Shown: positions 18,005 to 26,857 of the stretch, one piece after another | How positions within the stretch are numbered: position 1 is the first letter of the stretch | Layout of the letters: each line of letters starts with the position of its first letter | Source: an uncultured Alphaproteobacteria bacterium | Lineage (GTDB): Bacteria > Pseudomonadota > Alphaproteobacteria > Sphingomonadales > Sphingomonadaceae | DNA length: 64,000 nt | Direction: 5' to 3' | NCBI GenBank assembly: GCA_963751145.1 | Contig: CAVVTJ010000007.1 | Coordinates: forward strand, 106,136-170,135 | Made by a program: the position numbers and the translations under genes | The notes under the pieces: model-generated | The model's input: the letters and a program-made list of their open reading frames with translations, nothing else | Databases searched by the model: none | What the model was told of the DNA's origin: nothing

Positions 18005-19132
18005 ATGCGTGCCGAAGGGCAGGCCTATATTGACCGTATCGAGAAGGCGCTGGCCTTGGTTCGCAAGTTCCTTGATTGGGACCGGGCCTTGCGCCGTCTT
18101 GATGAACTGAACGCCCGGGTTGAGGATCCCAAGTTGTGGGACAACCCAAAGGACGCCGAAGCAGTGATGAAGGAACGCCGCCGGCTTGAAGCCGCGATCG
18201 GCACCGTCAAGACGATCAGCGAGCAGATGGCCGATGCGATCGAATATGCCGATCTGGGTGAGGCCGAGGGCGATGAAGCCACGGTCGACGAAGGTATGGC
18301 CACTTTGGCCGCGCTGGCCGACAAGGCTGATGCCGACAAGGTTGAGGCGCTGCTTTCGGGCGAGGTTGACGCCAACGATACCTTCATCGAAATCCACGCG
18401 GGGGCAGGTGGCACGGAAAGCCAGGACTGGGCCGAGATGCTCCTGCGGATGTACAGCCGCTGGGCCGAAAAGCGCGGCTTCAAGGTGGAAACGGTCGAAT
18501 ATCAGGCCGGCGAACAGGCCGGGATCAAATCGGCGACGATCCTGTGCAAAGGCGAGAACGCCTATGGCTATGCCAAGACCGAAAGCGGAGTGCACCGGCT
18601 GGTCCGCATCTCGCCCTATGATAGTTCGGCCCGGCGGCACACCAGCTTTTCGTCGGTCTGGGTCTATCCTGTGATTGATGATAACTTCGCGATCGAGATC
18701 AACCCGGCTGACCTCAAGATCGATACCTACCGCGCCAGCGGCGCGGGCGGGCAGCACGTCAACACCACCAATTCTGCGGTTCGCATGACGCACATTCCCA
18801 GCGGAATCATCGTCGCCAGCCAGATGGATCGCAGCCAGCACAAGAACCGTGACATCTGCATGGGGATGCTCAAAGCCCGGCTCTACGAAGCTGAAATGCA
18901 GAGGCGTGAGGAATCGGCCAGCGCCGAACACGCGGCCAAATCCGACATTGGCTGGGGCCACCAGATCCGGTCCTACGTGTTGCAGCCCTACCAGATGGTC
19001 AAGGATCTGCGAACCGGGGTGACCAGTCCAACCCCGTCAGACGTGCTCGATGGCGCGCTCGATCCGTTCATGGCGGCTGCCCTGGCGCAGCGCGTAAGCG
19101 GTGAAACGGTTGAGGTGGAAGACGTCGATTGA
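18005..19132 (+). CDS. prfB: Peptide chain release factor 2
   Basis: GGTESQDW, GVHRLVRISPYD, GAGGQHVN and IRSYVLQPY motifs; one continuous frame. Confidence 0.97.
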   Translation: MRAEGQAYIDRIEKALALVRKFLDWDRALRRLDELNARVEDPKLWDNPKDAEAVMKERRRLEAAIGTVKTISEQMADAIEYADLGEAEGDEATVDEGMATLAALADKADADKVEALLSGEVDANDTFIEIHAGAGGTESQDWAEMLLRMYSRWAEKRGFKVETVEYQAGEQAGIKSATILCKGENAYGYAKTESGVHRLVRISPYDSSARRHTSFSSVWVYPVIDDNFAIEINPADLKIDTYRASGAGGQHVNTTNSAVRMTHIPSGIIVASQMDRSQHKNRDICMGMLKARLYEAEMQRREESASAEHAAKSDIGWGHQIRSYVLQPYQMVKDLRTGVTSPTPSDVLDGALDPFMAAALAQRVSGETVEVEDVD

Positions 19133-19199
19133 ACGGGCTGGCTCTCCTTCAAGGGCGCTTTTGCCAAGCACCAGCGGCTGGGCTAAGGCGGGCAGCGTG

Positions 19200-19946
19200 A
19201 TGATCCGGGGCCGTCTTGCTTTGCCACTTACCTGCGTTCTTGTCGCGCTGCTAACAGCGTGCAAGCCCAGCGCAGACGATGCCGACCGAGCAGAAGGCGC
19301 GCGCGGATTTCCCCGGGCAGTGCGCCCGGTTTCGGCACTGGCCGGCACCGAATTCTCAAACGAGGATCAGCGCGACAATCTGGGTGAAGCCAAAGTGGTG
19401 ATGGACCTTGCCGCGATCCGTCCCGGCCAAAGCCTGGCCGATATTGGCGCTGGTGAAGGCTATTACACCATTCGCCTGGCCGCGCGTGTGGGCAGCGATG
19501 GCCGGGTCCTGGCGCAGGATATCGATCCCGGCGCGATCCAGCGTCTGGGCCAACGCGTGGAACGAGAACGGCTCGACAACGTTTCTATCCGTACCGGGCT
19601 GCCCGAAGATCCGAAATTGCCGCCCAACAGCTTTGACCGGATATTCATGGTGCACATGTATCACGAGATCGGCGAACCCTATGCGTTTCTGTGGCATTTG
19701 CGCCCGGCGCTGCGCCCCGGCGGGCAGGTGATCGTGGTTGATGTTGACCGCGCGCCCGATCAGCACGGCATCCCGCCGCGGCAATTATTCTGTGAATTTG
19801 GTGCAGTGGGTTTCCGGCTGGTGCAATTTGTGCTTAGGCCAGAGCTGAACGGCTATTATGCCGCGTTTGAGGCGAATGGGGAACGCCCCAAGCCCGAGGA
19901 TATCAAGCCGTGTGACACGGCTATTGGAAAGACAGGGACGCAATGA
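19200..19946 (+). CDS. Class I SAM-dependent methyltransferase with lipoprotein-like signal
   Basis: LADIGAGEGYYT motif I, FDRIFMVHMYHEI, LRPGGQVIVVD; N-terminus has the lipobox-like LTAC. Confidence 0.82.
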   Translation: MIRGRLALPLTCVLVALLTACKPSADDADRAEGARGFPRAVRPVSALAGTEFSNEDQRDNLGEAKVVMDLAAIRPGQSLADIGAGEGYYTIRLAARVGSDGRVLAQDIDPGAIQRLGQRVERERLDNVSIRTGLPEDPKLPPNSFDRIFMVHMYHEIGEPYAFLWHLRPALRPGGQVIVVDVDRAPDQHGIPPRQLFCEFGAVGFRLVQFVLRPELNGYYAAFEANGERPKPEDIKPCDTAIGKTGTQ

Positions 19947-21361
19947 CTGCAGCCACCCAGTTCAAGGGGCTCAAGCCAATCCTCTATGGCGGACGTGAAG
20001 TCTGGCCAATTGTCGAGGGCGGAAAAGGCGTTGCCGTTACCAACCACGCCAGCTCGGGCGCCTGGGCGGCAGCCGGCGGGATCGGCACGGTAAGCGCGGT
20101 CAATGCCGATTTCTATGACGAGCACGGCGAAATTGTCGATCAGGTTTACGAAGGCGCAAGCCGCAAGGATCGCCATGACGAACTGATCGCCTATGGCATC
20201 AAGGGTTCGATCGAGCAGGTGCGCCGCGCTTACGAGGTTTCGGGCGGCCAGGGCGCTATCAATATCAACGTATTGTGGGAAATGGGCGGCGCGCAGGCGG
20301 TGCTTGAAGGCGTGCTGGATCAGACCCGCGGCATGGTAACCGGTGTTACCTGCGGCGCGGGGATGCCCTATAAGCTCTCGGAAATCGCGGCGCGCTATAA
20401 CGTGAATTACCTGCCGATCATTTCATCCGCGCGCGCATTCCGGGCGCTGTGGAAGCGGGCCTACCACAAGGTTTCGGAATTGATGGCTGCAGTGGTCTAT
20501 GAAGACCCGTGGCTGGCAGGCGGGCACAACGGCTTGTCCAACGCCGAAGATCCCTTGCAGCCTCAGGATCCCTATCCCCGCGTCAAGGCGCTGCGCGATA
20601 CGATGCGCGCCGAAGGCATTGCCAATTCAGTGCCAATCGTGATGGCCGGCGGGGTCTGGTATCTGCGCGATTGGGAAAATTGGATCGATAATCCGGAACT
20701 GGGCCAGATCGTGTTCCAGTATGGCACTCGCCCATTGCTGACCCAGGAAAGCCCGATCCCGCAGGCGTGGAAGGATCACCTGCGCACGCTCAACGACGGC
20801 GATATCCTCCTCCACCGATTTTCGCCGACCGGGTTTTACAGCTCTGCCGTGCGCAATTCGTTCATCCGCAACCTTGAAGGGCGGTCCGAGCGGCAGGTGC
20901 CCTATTCAAAGGTTGAAGCTGGTGTCCATACCGCCCGGCTTGATGTCGGGGTGGGCAACAAGAACTTCTGGGTTGCGCCGGCAGATTTGCAGCGCGCGCG
21001 CACCTGGGTTTCGCAGGGCTTTACCGAAGGCCTGCGCACGCCTGACGATACGATCATCTTCGTCACCCCAGAAGAACGCGGCTTGATCCAGACCGATCAG
21101 AAGGAATGCATGGGCTGCCTGTCGCACTGCGGCTTCTCGGCATGGAAAGACCATGACGATTTCACCACCGGCTATCTGGCCGATCCGCGCAGCTTCTGCA
21201 TCCAGAAGACCCTCAAAGCGATCGTCCACGGCGAGGACATCAACCAGAACCTGATGTTCGCCGGACACGCGGCACACAATTTCAAAAGCGACCCGTTCTA
21301 TTCGAACAATTTCACGCCCACGGTGAAGCAACTGGTCGACCGGATTTTGACGGGGGACTGA
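19943..21361 (+). CDS. Nitronate monooxygenase / 2-nitropropane dioxygenase-like flavin oxidoreductase
   Basis: EGGKG, AGGIGTVS, GAGMP, AGGHNG and IVMAGG FMN TIM-barrel motifs; C-terminal CMGCLSHC. Confidence 0.8.
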   Translation: MTAATQFKGLKPILYGGREVWPIVEGGKGVAVTNHASSGAWAAAGGIGTVSAVNADFYDEHGEIVDQVYEGASRKDRHDELIAYGIKGSIEQVRRAYEVSGGQGAININVLWEMGGAQAVLEGVLDQTRGMVTGVTCGAGMPYKLSEIAARYNVNYLPIISSARAFRALWKRAYHKVSELMAAVVYEDPWLAGGHNGLSNAEDPLQPQDPYPRVKALRDTMRAEGIANSVPIVMAGGVWYLRDWENWIDNPELGQIVFQYGTRPLLTQESPIPQAWKDHLRTLNDGDILLHRFSPTGFYSSAVRNSFIRNLEGRSERQVPYSKVEAGVHTARLDVGVGNKNFWVAPADLQRARTWVSQGFTEGLRTPDDTIIFVTPEERGLIQTDQKECMGCLSHCGFSAWKDHDDFTTGYLADPRSFCIQKTLKAIVHGEDINQNLMFAGHAAHNFKSDPFYSNNFTPTVKQLVDRILTGD

Positions 21362-21368
21362 TCGGGTC

Positions 21369-22055
21369 ATGCCCGGACTGGGCCCTTCCTGGCGGCTTTG
21401 GGCGGCCGAAACACTTGAAATTCCAAAGCTGCTGGCCAGTCCGCTGCAGTCTGCCGTGCCGATCCCGCAAGGCAACGGGCAGCCAGTAGTGGTCTATCCC
21501 GGCTATCTGACCAGCAATGTCAGTTCGATCCGCCTGCGCCGCTCGCTAATTGCGGCGGGATATGCAGCCTATGGCTGGGAACTGGGCCAGAATAAGGGTG
21601 CGCGGGCCGATCTGTTGCAGCGGCTTGAACCACAGCTCGAACGGCTGGCCCTGCGGCATGGCCAGCAAGTAACGCTGATCGGCTGGAGCCTTGGCGGCCT
21701 GTTCGCGCGCGAAGTGGCCAAGCACCGGCCTGATCTGGTCAAAATGGTCATCACTTTGGGTAGCCCGTTCTCAGGTGATCCGCGGGCCAACAATGCGTGG
21801 CGCCTATACGAATGGCTGAACGATCATTCAGTCGAAAATCCGCCGATTGGCGGCGATATTGCGGAAAAGCCGCCAGTACGGACCTTGGCGGTCTGGTCAC
21901 CGATAGACGGGATAGTCGCCCCGCTGGCCGCGCGCGGTCAGCCTGGCGAAAGCGATCGGCAAATCGAACTCAAGGTGCGGCATCTTTCATTAGCCCGCGC
22001 CCCGGCGGGAATCCGGTTGATTGGTTCGTTGCTTGACGAAGTATTGTCCGGCTAG
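21369..22055 (+). CDS. Alpha/beta hydrolase (esterase/lipase-like)
   Basis: GWSLGG nucleophile elbow, ITLGSP, DGIV and a C-terminal His. Confidence 0.85.
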   Translation: MPGLGPSWRLWAAETLEIPKLLASPLQSAVPIPQGNGQPVVVYPGYLTSNVSSIRLRRSLIAAGYAAYGWELGQNKGARADLLQRLEPQLERLALRHGQQVTLIGWSLGGLFAREVAKHRPDLVKMVITLGSPFSGDPRANNAWRLYEWLNDHSVENPPIGGDIAEKPPVRTLAVWSPIDGIVAPLAARGQPGESDRQIELKVRHLSLARAPAGIRLIGSLLDEVLSG

Positions 22056-22091
22056 TCCTTGGGGATCAGTATGTAACCTTGATGATACGGT

Positions 22092-23414
22092 TCATTCAAA
22101 CTCCCATGCCCGTTCACCGTGGCTGGCCAGATCCAGGCCTTCGCGTTCATCGTCTTCGCCAATCCGCATCGGGATGACCAGGCTGACCAGAACGGCCAGC
22201 ACCGCGCTGGCAATCGCCGACCAGATCGCGACTGCACCCACGCCCACTGCTTGCGCCGCGAGCTGGCTGATCATCGAATAGCCATCGTCGTAACCCGCGC
22301 CGCCCAGAGTGGGGGAGAGAAACACCGCCAGCAGCAGTGATCCGGTGATGCCGCCGATCCCGTGGACTGCGAAAACATCAAGCGAATCGTCGATTTCCAG
22401 CCGCCCTTTGACGAACTGGATCATCGGGAAACAGGCCAGTGTGGCGACTGCACCGATTACGATTGCCGCCCACGGCGCGACATAACCGGCTGCCGGGGTA
22501 ATCGTTGCCAAGCCTGCAATCGCGCCCGTGGCGAAGCCGACACTGGTTGGCTTGCCGACCTTGATCTTTTCCAACAGCAGCCAGACGAGCGCGGCGGTGC
22601 AGGCGGCCAGATGGGTGTTGATGATCGCGCTGGCCGCACTGTCGTCAGCGGTGATCGCCGAGCCGCCGTTAAAGCCGAACCAGCCGACCCACAGCAGCGC
22701 TGCACCAACCATAGTCAAGGCCGGGCTGTGCGGCAGCATCAACTGCCGAGGAAAACCCAGTCGTTTGCCCATCAGCACCGCAGTGATCAGCGCCGAAACC
22801 CCGGCGGTGGTGTGGACCACGATCCCGCCGGCATAGTCCATCACGTGCATCCGCGTGGCCAGCCAGCCACCGCCCCATACCCAGTGCGCCACCGGTGCGT
22901 AGACCACCAAGCCCCACAGCGCGCAAAAGCCAACCACCCAGCCAAACCGCGCACGATCGACCCAGGCGCCAACCATCAGTGCGGGCGTGATTGCCGCAAA
23001 GGTCATCTGGAACAGGGCATAGGTGTTTTCGCTGACTGCATAGTCGCCGCGCAGCAGACCGTCTGTGCCCGACAGGAACCACATGTCACCTCCGCCGAAA
23101 TAGCCATTGCCAGCCTCGCCAAACCCGATCCGGTATCCGGCAATCATCCACAGCACCGATGCGACGGCGGCGATTGCGCCGGTCTGCACGGCCACTGAAA
23201 GAAAGTTTTTGGCCCGAACCAGCCCGCCATAAAACAGCGTCAGCCCCGGCATGCACATCATCAGCACCAAGGCCGAAGAGACCAGCAGCCAGGCATTATC
23301 GCCGCTGTTCAGCGCATCGCTGGCCGTATCCAAAGGCACTGTATCCTGCGCAAAGGCTATGCCGGGTGCGGCCAGACTGGTCATGACCACCAAAAACTTC
23401 GCCACAGCGCGCAT
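22092..23414 (-). CDS. amtB: Ammonium transporter
   Basis: FQMTFAAIT, DYAGGIVVH, WFGFNGGS, DDSLDVFAVHG. Start moved to MRAVA after a GGGAGA RBS. Confidence 0.95.
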   Translation of the reverse strand: MRAVAKFLVVMTSLAAPGIAFAQDTVPLDTASDALNSGDNAWLLVSSALVLMMCMPGLTLFYGGLVRAKNFLSVAVQTGAIAAVASVLWMIAGYRIGFGEAGNGYFGGGDMWFLSGTDGLLRGDYAVSENTYALFQMTFAAITPALMVGAWVDRARFGWVVGFCALWGLVVYAPVAHWVWGGGWLATRMHVMDYAGGIVVHTTAGVSALITAVLMGKRLGFPRQLMLPHSPALTMVGAALLWVGWFGFNGGSAITADDSAASAIINTHLAACTAALVWLLLEKIKVGKPTSVGFATGAIAGLATITPAAGYVAPWAAIVIGAVATLACFPMIQFVKGRLEIDDSLDVFAVHGIGGITGSLLLAVFLSPTLGGAGYDDGYSMISQLAAQAVGVGAVAIWSAIASAVLAVLVSLVIPMRIGEDDEREGLDLASHGERAWEFE

Positions 23415-23528
23415 AGTTGTCTCCCTTGCGACGCGCCGACTTATCGCGCGATTCTCTTGCCGGGGGCTTAAAGCAACGATTGCAGCGCGATCAAGCGGCA
23501 AGGCGAACAGTTGTTGCGCGCGGCCGGG

Positions 23529-24548
23529 TTATGCCCACCCTTGCAGCACCTGATCAGGCGGCCGGTGGCCATCCGACCAGAAGCGGATGTTGGCGATGAC
23601 CTTTTCCCCGGCATGTTCGCGCCCTTCGATCGTGGCGCTGCCAAGGTGCGGCAGGGTGATGACATTGGGCAGCGCAATCAGCCGCGGATCGATTTGCGGC
23701 TCCCGCGCGAAGACATCAAGACCGGCCCCGGCGAGATGGCCATTGGATAGAGCCGCAATCAGCGCCTCTTCATCAATCAGATCACCGCGTGCGGTGTTGA
23801 TCAGATAGGCGCCGGGCTTCATCTCGGACAGCCGCTGGGCATTGATCAGGTGGTGAGTATCTTCGCCCGCCGGGCAGTGCAGGGTGATGATATCGCTGCT
23901 GGCAATCAGCTGCTCGAGATCTGGCTCATATCGCGCGCCGAACATCGATTCGATGCTTGCGGGCAGACGGTGGCGGTTGTGATAGACCACTTCCATGCCA
24001 AAGGCCCGGGCCCGGAACGCCACCGCCTGGCCGATCCGCCCCATTCCGATGATCCCCAGCCGTTTGCCGCCGATGCAGCGCCCCAGCATCGCGGTGGGGG
24101 CCCAACCGGTCCATTGTCCATCACGCACCAGCCGGCTGCCTTCGCCCAGACGGCGCGGCACTGACAGGATCAGCATCATCGCCAGATCGGCGGTATCATC
24201 GGTGAACACGCCCGGCGTGTTGGTGACGATCACCTTGCGGGCCCGCGCCGCAGCAAGATCGATATGTTCGATCCCGGCGCCGAAGTTGGCGATGAGCCCC
24301 AGCCGGTCCCCGGCCGCCTCCAGCATTTCGGCATCAATCCGGTCGGTTACGGTGGGGACAATGGCGTCGCAGGTCCGCATCGCGTCGATCAATTCAGCGC
24401 GCGATAGCGGCCGGTCTTCGGCATTCAGCGCAACGTCGAACAGTTCGGCCATCCGCGCTTCGACGGACGGGAGCAGGCGGCGTGTCACGTGGACGCGCGG
24501 CTTTCCTGCGACGCGGCGGGCGGCGGGCGGATCGGAGACGATAGTCAT
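23529..24548 (-). CDS. D-isomer-specific 2-hydroxyacid dehydrogenase (glyoxylate/hydroxypyruvate reductase-like)
   Basis: VTNTPG, GIIGMGRIG, INTARG, LDVFAREP, PHLGSAT. Confidence 0.9.
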   Translation of the reverse strand: MTIVSDPPAARRVAGKPRVHVTRRLLPSVEARMAELFDVALNAEDRPLSRAELIDAMRTCDAIVPTVTDRIDAEMLEAAGDRLGLIANFGAGIEHIDLAAARARKVIVTNTPGVFTDDTADLAMMLILSVPRRLGEGSRLVRDGQWTGWAPTAMLGRCIGGKRLGIIGMGRIGQAVAFRARAFGMEVVYHNRHRLPASIESMFGARYEPDLEQLIASSDIITLHCPAGEDTHHLINAQRLSEMKPGAYLINTARGDLIDEEALIAALSNGHLAGAGLDVFAREPQIDPRLIALPNVITLPHLGSATIEGREHAGEKVIANIRFWSDGHRPPDQVLQGWA

Positions 24549-24626
24549 AAGGCAAGTCGCTAGGCCGCAGGGTGGCAGCTGGTCAAGCGGGTTGAAGATG
24601 AGGGGGGTGAAGGGCTATCAGGGGCC

Positions 24627-25097
24627 ATGTTCTTTACCCGCCGATTCCTTGTTGCCGCTGCGCTGTCCTGCTGCGCCGTTCCTGCCGTGGCTGACGACGC
24701 CAAGACCCCTTATTGGGCATCGGTCAGGGCCGGCGAAGTGAACATGCGGGTCGGGCCGGGGGAGGACTACCGGATCCTGTGGGTCTACCACCGTCCGCAC
24801 CTGCCGTTCAAAGTGCTGCGGATCAAGGAAGGCTGGCGCTTTGTCGAGGATCCCGATGGGGCCAAGGGCTGGGTGCTGGCCCGGTTTCTGAAGCGTGAGC
24901 GGGCCGCGTTTGTAACCGGCAAGGTTCCAGCCGACATGCGCGAAAGCGGCGCTGCGGATGCCCGGTTGAAGTGGCGGTTGGCTCCGGGTGTGGTCGGCTT
25001 GCTCGGTGATTGCGGGCAGGGTTGGTGCCAGTTCAACGTCGGCGAACGCAAAGGCTACGTCGCGCAAGATCGCCTGTGGGGGGCAGGGGAGCCCTAA
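24627..25097 (+). CDS. Bacterial SH3 domain-containing protein (two SH3-like repeats, signal peptide)
   Basis: VNMRVGPG..Y.ILWVY and GWC...GYV repeats; usual divergent neighbour of the hydroxyacid dehydrogenase. Confidence 0.82.
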   Translation: MFFTRRFLVAAALSCCAVPAVADDAKTPYWASVRAGEVNMRVGPGEDYRILWVYHRPHLPFKVLRIKEGWRFVEDPDGAKGWVLARFLKRERAAFVTGKVPADMRESGAADARLKWRLAPGVVGLLGDCGQGWCQFNVGERKGYVAQDRLWGAGEP

Positions 25098-25128
25098 GGT
25101 CCCCCGGCCCCCCACGGGCTGTTTCAGA

Positions 25129-25383
25129 CTACTTACCGCGGTGATGCTGACGCCGGAAGGCGCGCTTGTCCTTGTGCAGATCGCGCTTGGCGTCGCGCAG
25201 TTCGCGGTGCTCGTGGCGCGCGCCGCGCCAATCATGCTGGCGCACATCCTGACGCAGATCGCGGCGTTCCTGCCGGACTTCGCGGTGATCGCCGCGCAGT
25301 TCATTGCGGGTGACCTTGGCTTCAGCCAGGCTTGGCACGGCCACAGCCGCCAGGACCAGAGCGGCAATAATCGAACGGTTCAT
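25129..25383 (-). CDS. Small secreted Arg/Asp/His-rich helical repeat protein (84 aa)
   Basis: Signal peptide MNRSIIAALVLAAVAVPSLAEA followed by RxDxRExR-like heptads; GAGGA RBS upstream. Confidence 0.75.
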   Translation of the reverse strand: MNRSIIAALVLAAVAVPSLAEAKVTRNELRGDHREVRQERRDLRQDVRQHDWRGARHEHRELRDAKRDLHKDKRAFRRQHHRGK

Positions 25384-25523
25384 GGACGAGTTCCTCATTC
25401 GGGAGTGACCGAACCCACCGGGTTGCGGCCACCAGGTTTGTGCCCCGAACGAGTGTCTGCTCCCGAACTGCGTCAGGTATCCAGTCACAGATTGTCTCGA
25501 TTTGTCGCCGGACCCAAAGGCGC

Positions 25524-26720
25524 TCAGATCAGCTCCACCGCCAGTGCCGTCGCCTCGCCCCCGCCGATGCACAGGCTGGCCACGCCCTTGGTCTTGCCGT
25601 GACGTTGCAGCGCGGCGACCAGGGTGGTGATGATCCGCGCGCCCGATGCTCCGATCGGATGGCCCAAAGCAGTGGCGCCGCCGTGGACGTTGATCTTGTC
25701 ATGCGCGATGCCAAGATCGTGCATCGCGAACATGGCGACGCAGGCAAAGGCTTCGTTGACTTCAAACAGATCGACATCGGCGAGCGACCAGCCCGCTTTC
25801 TCAAGCACCTTGGTGATCGCACCAACCGGGGCCGTGGTGAAGTCCTTCGGGGCCTGCGCATGGGCGGCCGCGGCCACCACTGTCGCCACCGGCTTCAACC
25901 CCTTGGCCGCAGCAACGCTAGCGCGGGTCAGCACCAAGGCCGCAGCGCCATCGGAAATCGAGCTTGAGGTGGCGGCGGTGATCGTGCCGTCCTTGGCGAA
26001 TGCCGGTTTGAGGCCGGGAATCTTGTCGGGGCGACCCTTGCCGGGTTGTTCATCGGTATCGACCACGCTTTCACCCGCGCGGCTGACCACCGTGACCGGA
26101 GCAATTTCGCCCACAAACGCGCCATCAGCAATTGCGGCCTGCGCGCGGCGCAGCGATTCGATCGAATAGGCGTCCTGCGCCTCGCGGGTCAGCTGGTAGT
26201 CATTCGCAGTGTCCTGCGCAAACGTACCCATCGCCCGGCCCGCATCGTAGGCATCTTCAAGCCCATCGAGGAACATGTGATCATAGGCCATATCATGCCC
26301 GATCCGCGCGCCCGAACGGTGCTTCTTGAGCAGGTATGGGGCATTGGTCATGCTTTCCATGCCGCCTGCCACCACCAGATCGATCGTCCCGGCGGCCAGC
26401 GCCTCGGCACCCATGATCACCGTCTGCATGCCCGATCCGCAGACCTTGTTGACCGTGGTGGCCTGGACCGATGCGGGCAGACCGGCCTTGATCGTGGCCT
26501 GGCGGGCCGGGGCCTGGCCCAGCCCGGCGGGCAGCACGCAGCCCATATAGACCCGCTCGACATCGCTGCCTTCAACCCCGGCGCGAGCAACCGCAGCGCG
26601 GATCGCGGTGGCTCCCAGATCGGTTGCCGAAACATCGGCGAGCGCGCCTTGCATGCCGCCCATCGGGGTGCGGGCATAGGACAGGATGACGATCGGATCG
26701 GCGGCGGAAAGCTGGGCCAT
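25524..26720 (-). CDS. Acetyl-CoA C-acyltransferase (thiolase)
   Basis: NKVCGSG, NEAFA, GHPIGASG and CIGGG motifs. Start moved to MAQLS. Confidence 0.95.
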   Translation of the reverse strand: MAQLSAADPIVILSYARTPMGGMQGALADVSATDLGATAIRAAVARAGVEGSDVERVYMGCVLPAGLGQAPARQATIKAGLPASVQATTVNKVCGSGMQTVIMGAEALAAGTIDLVVAGGMESMTNAPYLLKKHRSGARIGHDMAYDHMFLDGLEDAYDAGRAMGTFAQDTANDYQLTREAQDAYSIESLRRAQAAIADGAFVGEIAPVTVVSRAGESVVDTDEQPGKGRPDKIPGLKPAFAKDGTITAATSSSISDGAAALVLTRASVAAAKGLKPVATVVAAAAHAQAPKDFTTAPVGAITKVLEKAGWSLADVDLFEVNEAFACVAMFAMHDLGIAHDKINVHGGATALGHPIGASGARIITTLVAALQRHGKTKGVASLCIGGGEATALAVELI

Positions 26721-26857
26721 GGTGGTGGGCCTTTCTGGATGAAATGAGTTTGCGGTGTATCTAATGCTGCGACGCAGCAGTGGCAATCGCGCATCGAAGC
26801 TTGCCATTCGGGCGCGGCTGCGGGAAAAGGTGGCAAATGAAAACCGGGGAGCCGAAA

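Noticed and set aside
25400-25470. GAAC repeats as a LexA box
   Set aside because: The spacing is not N7.
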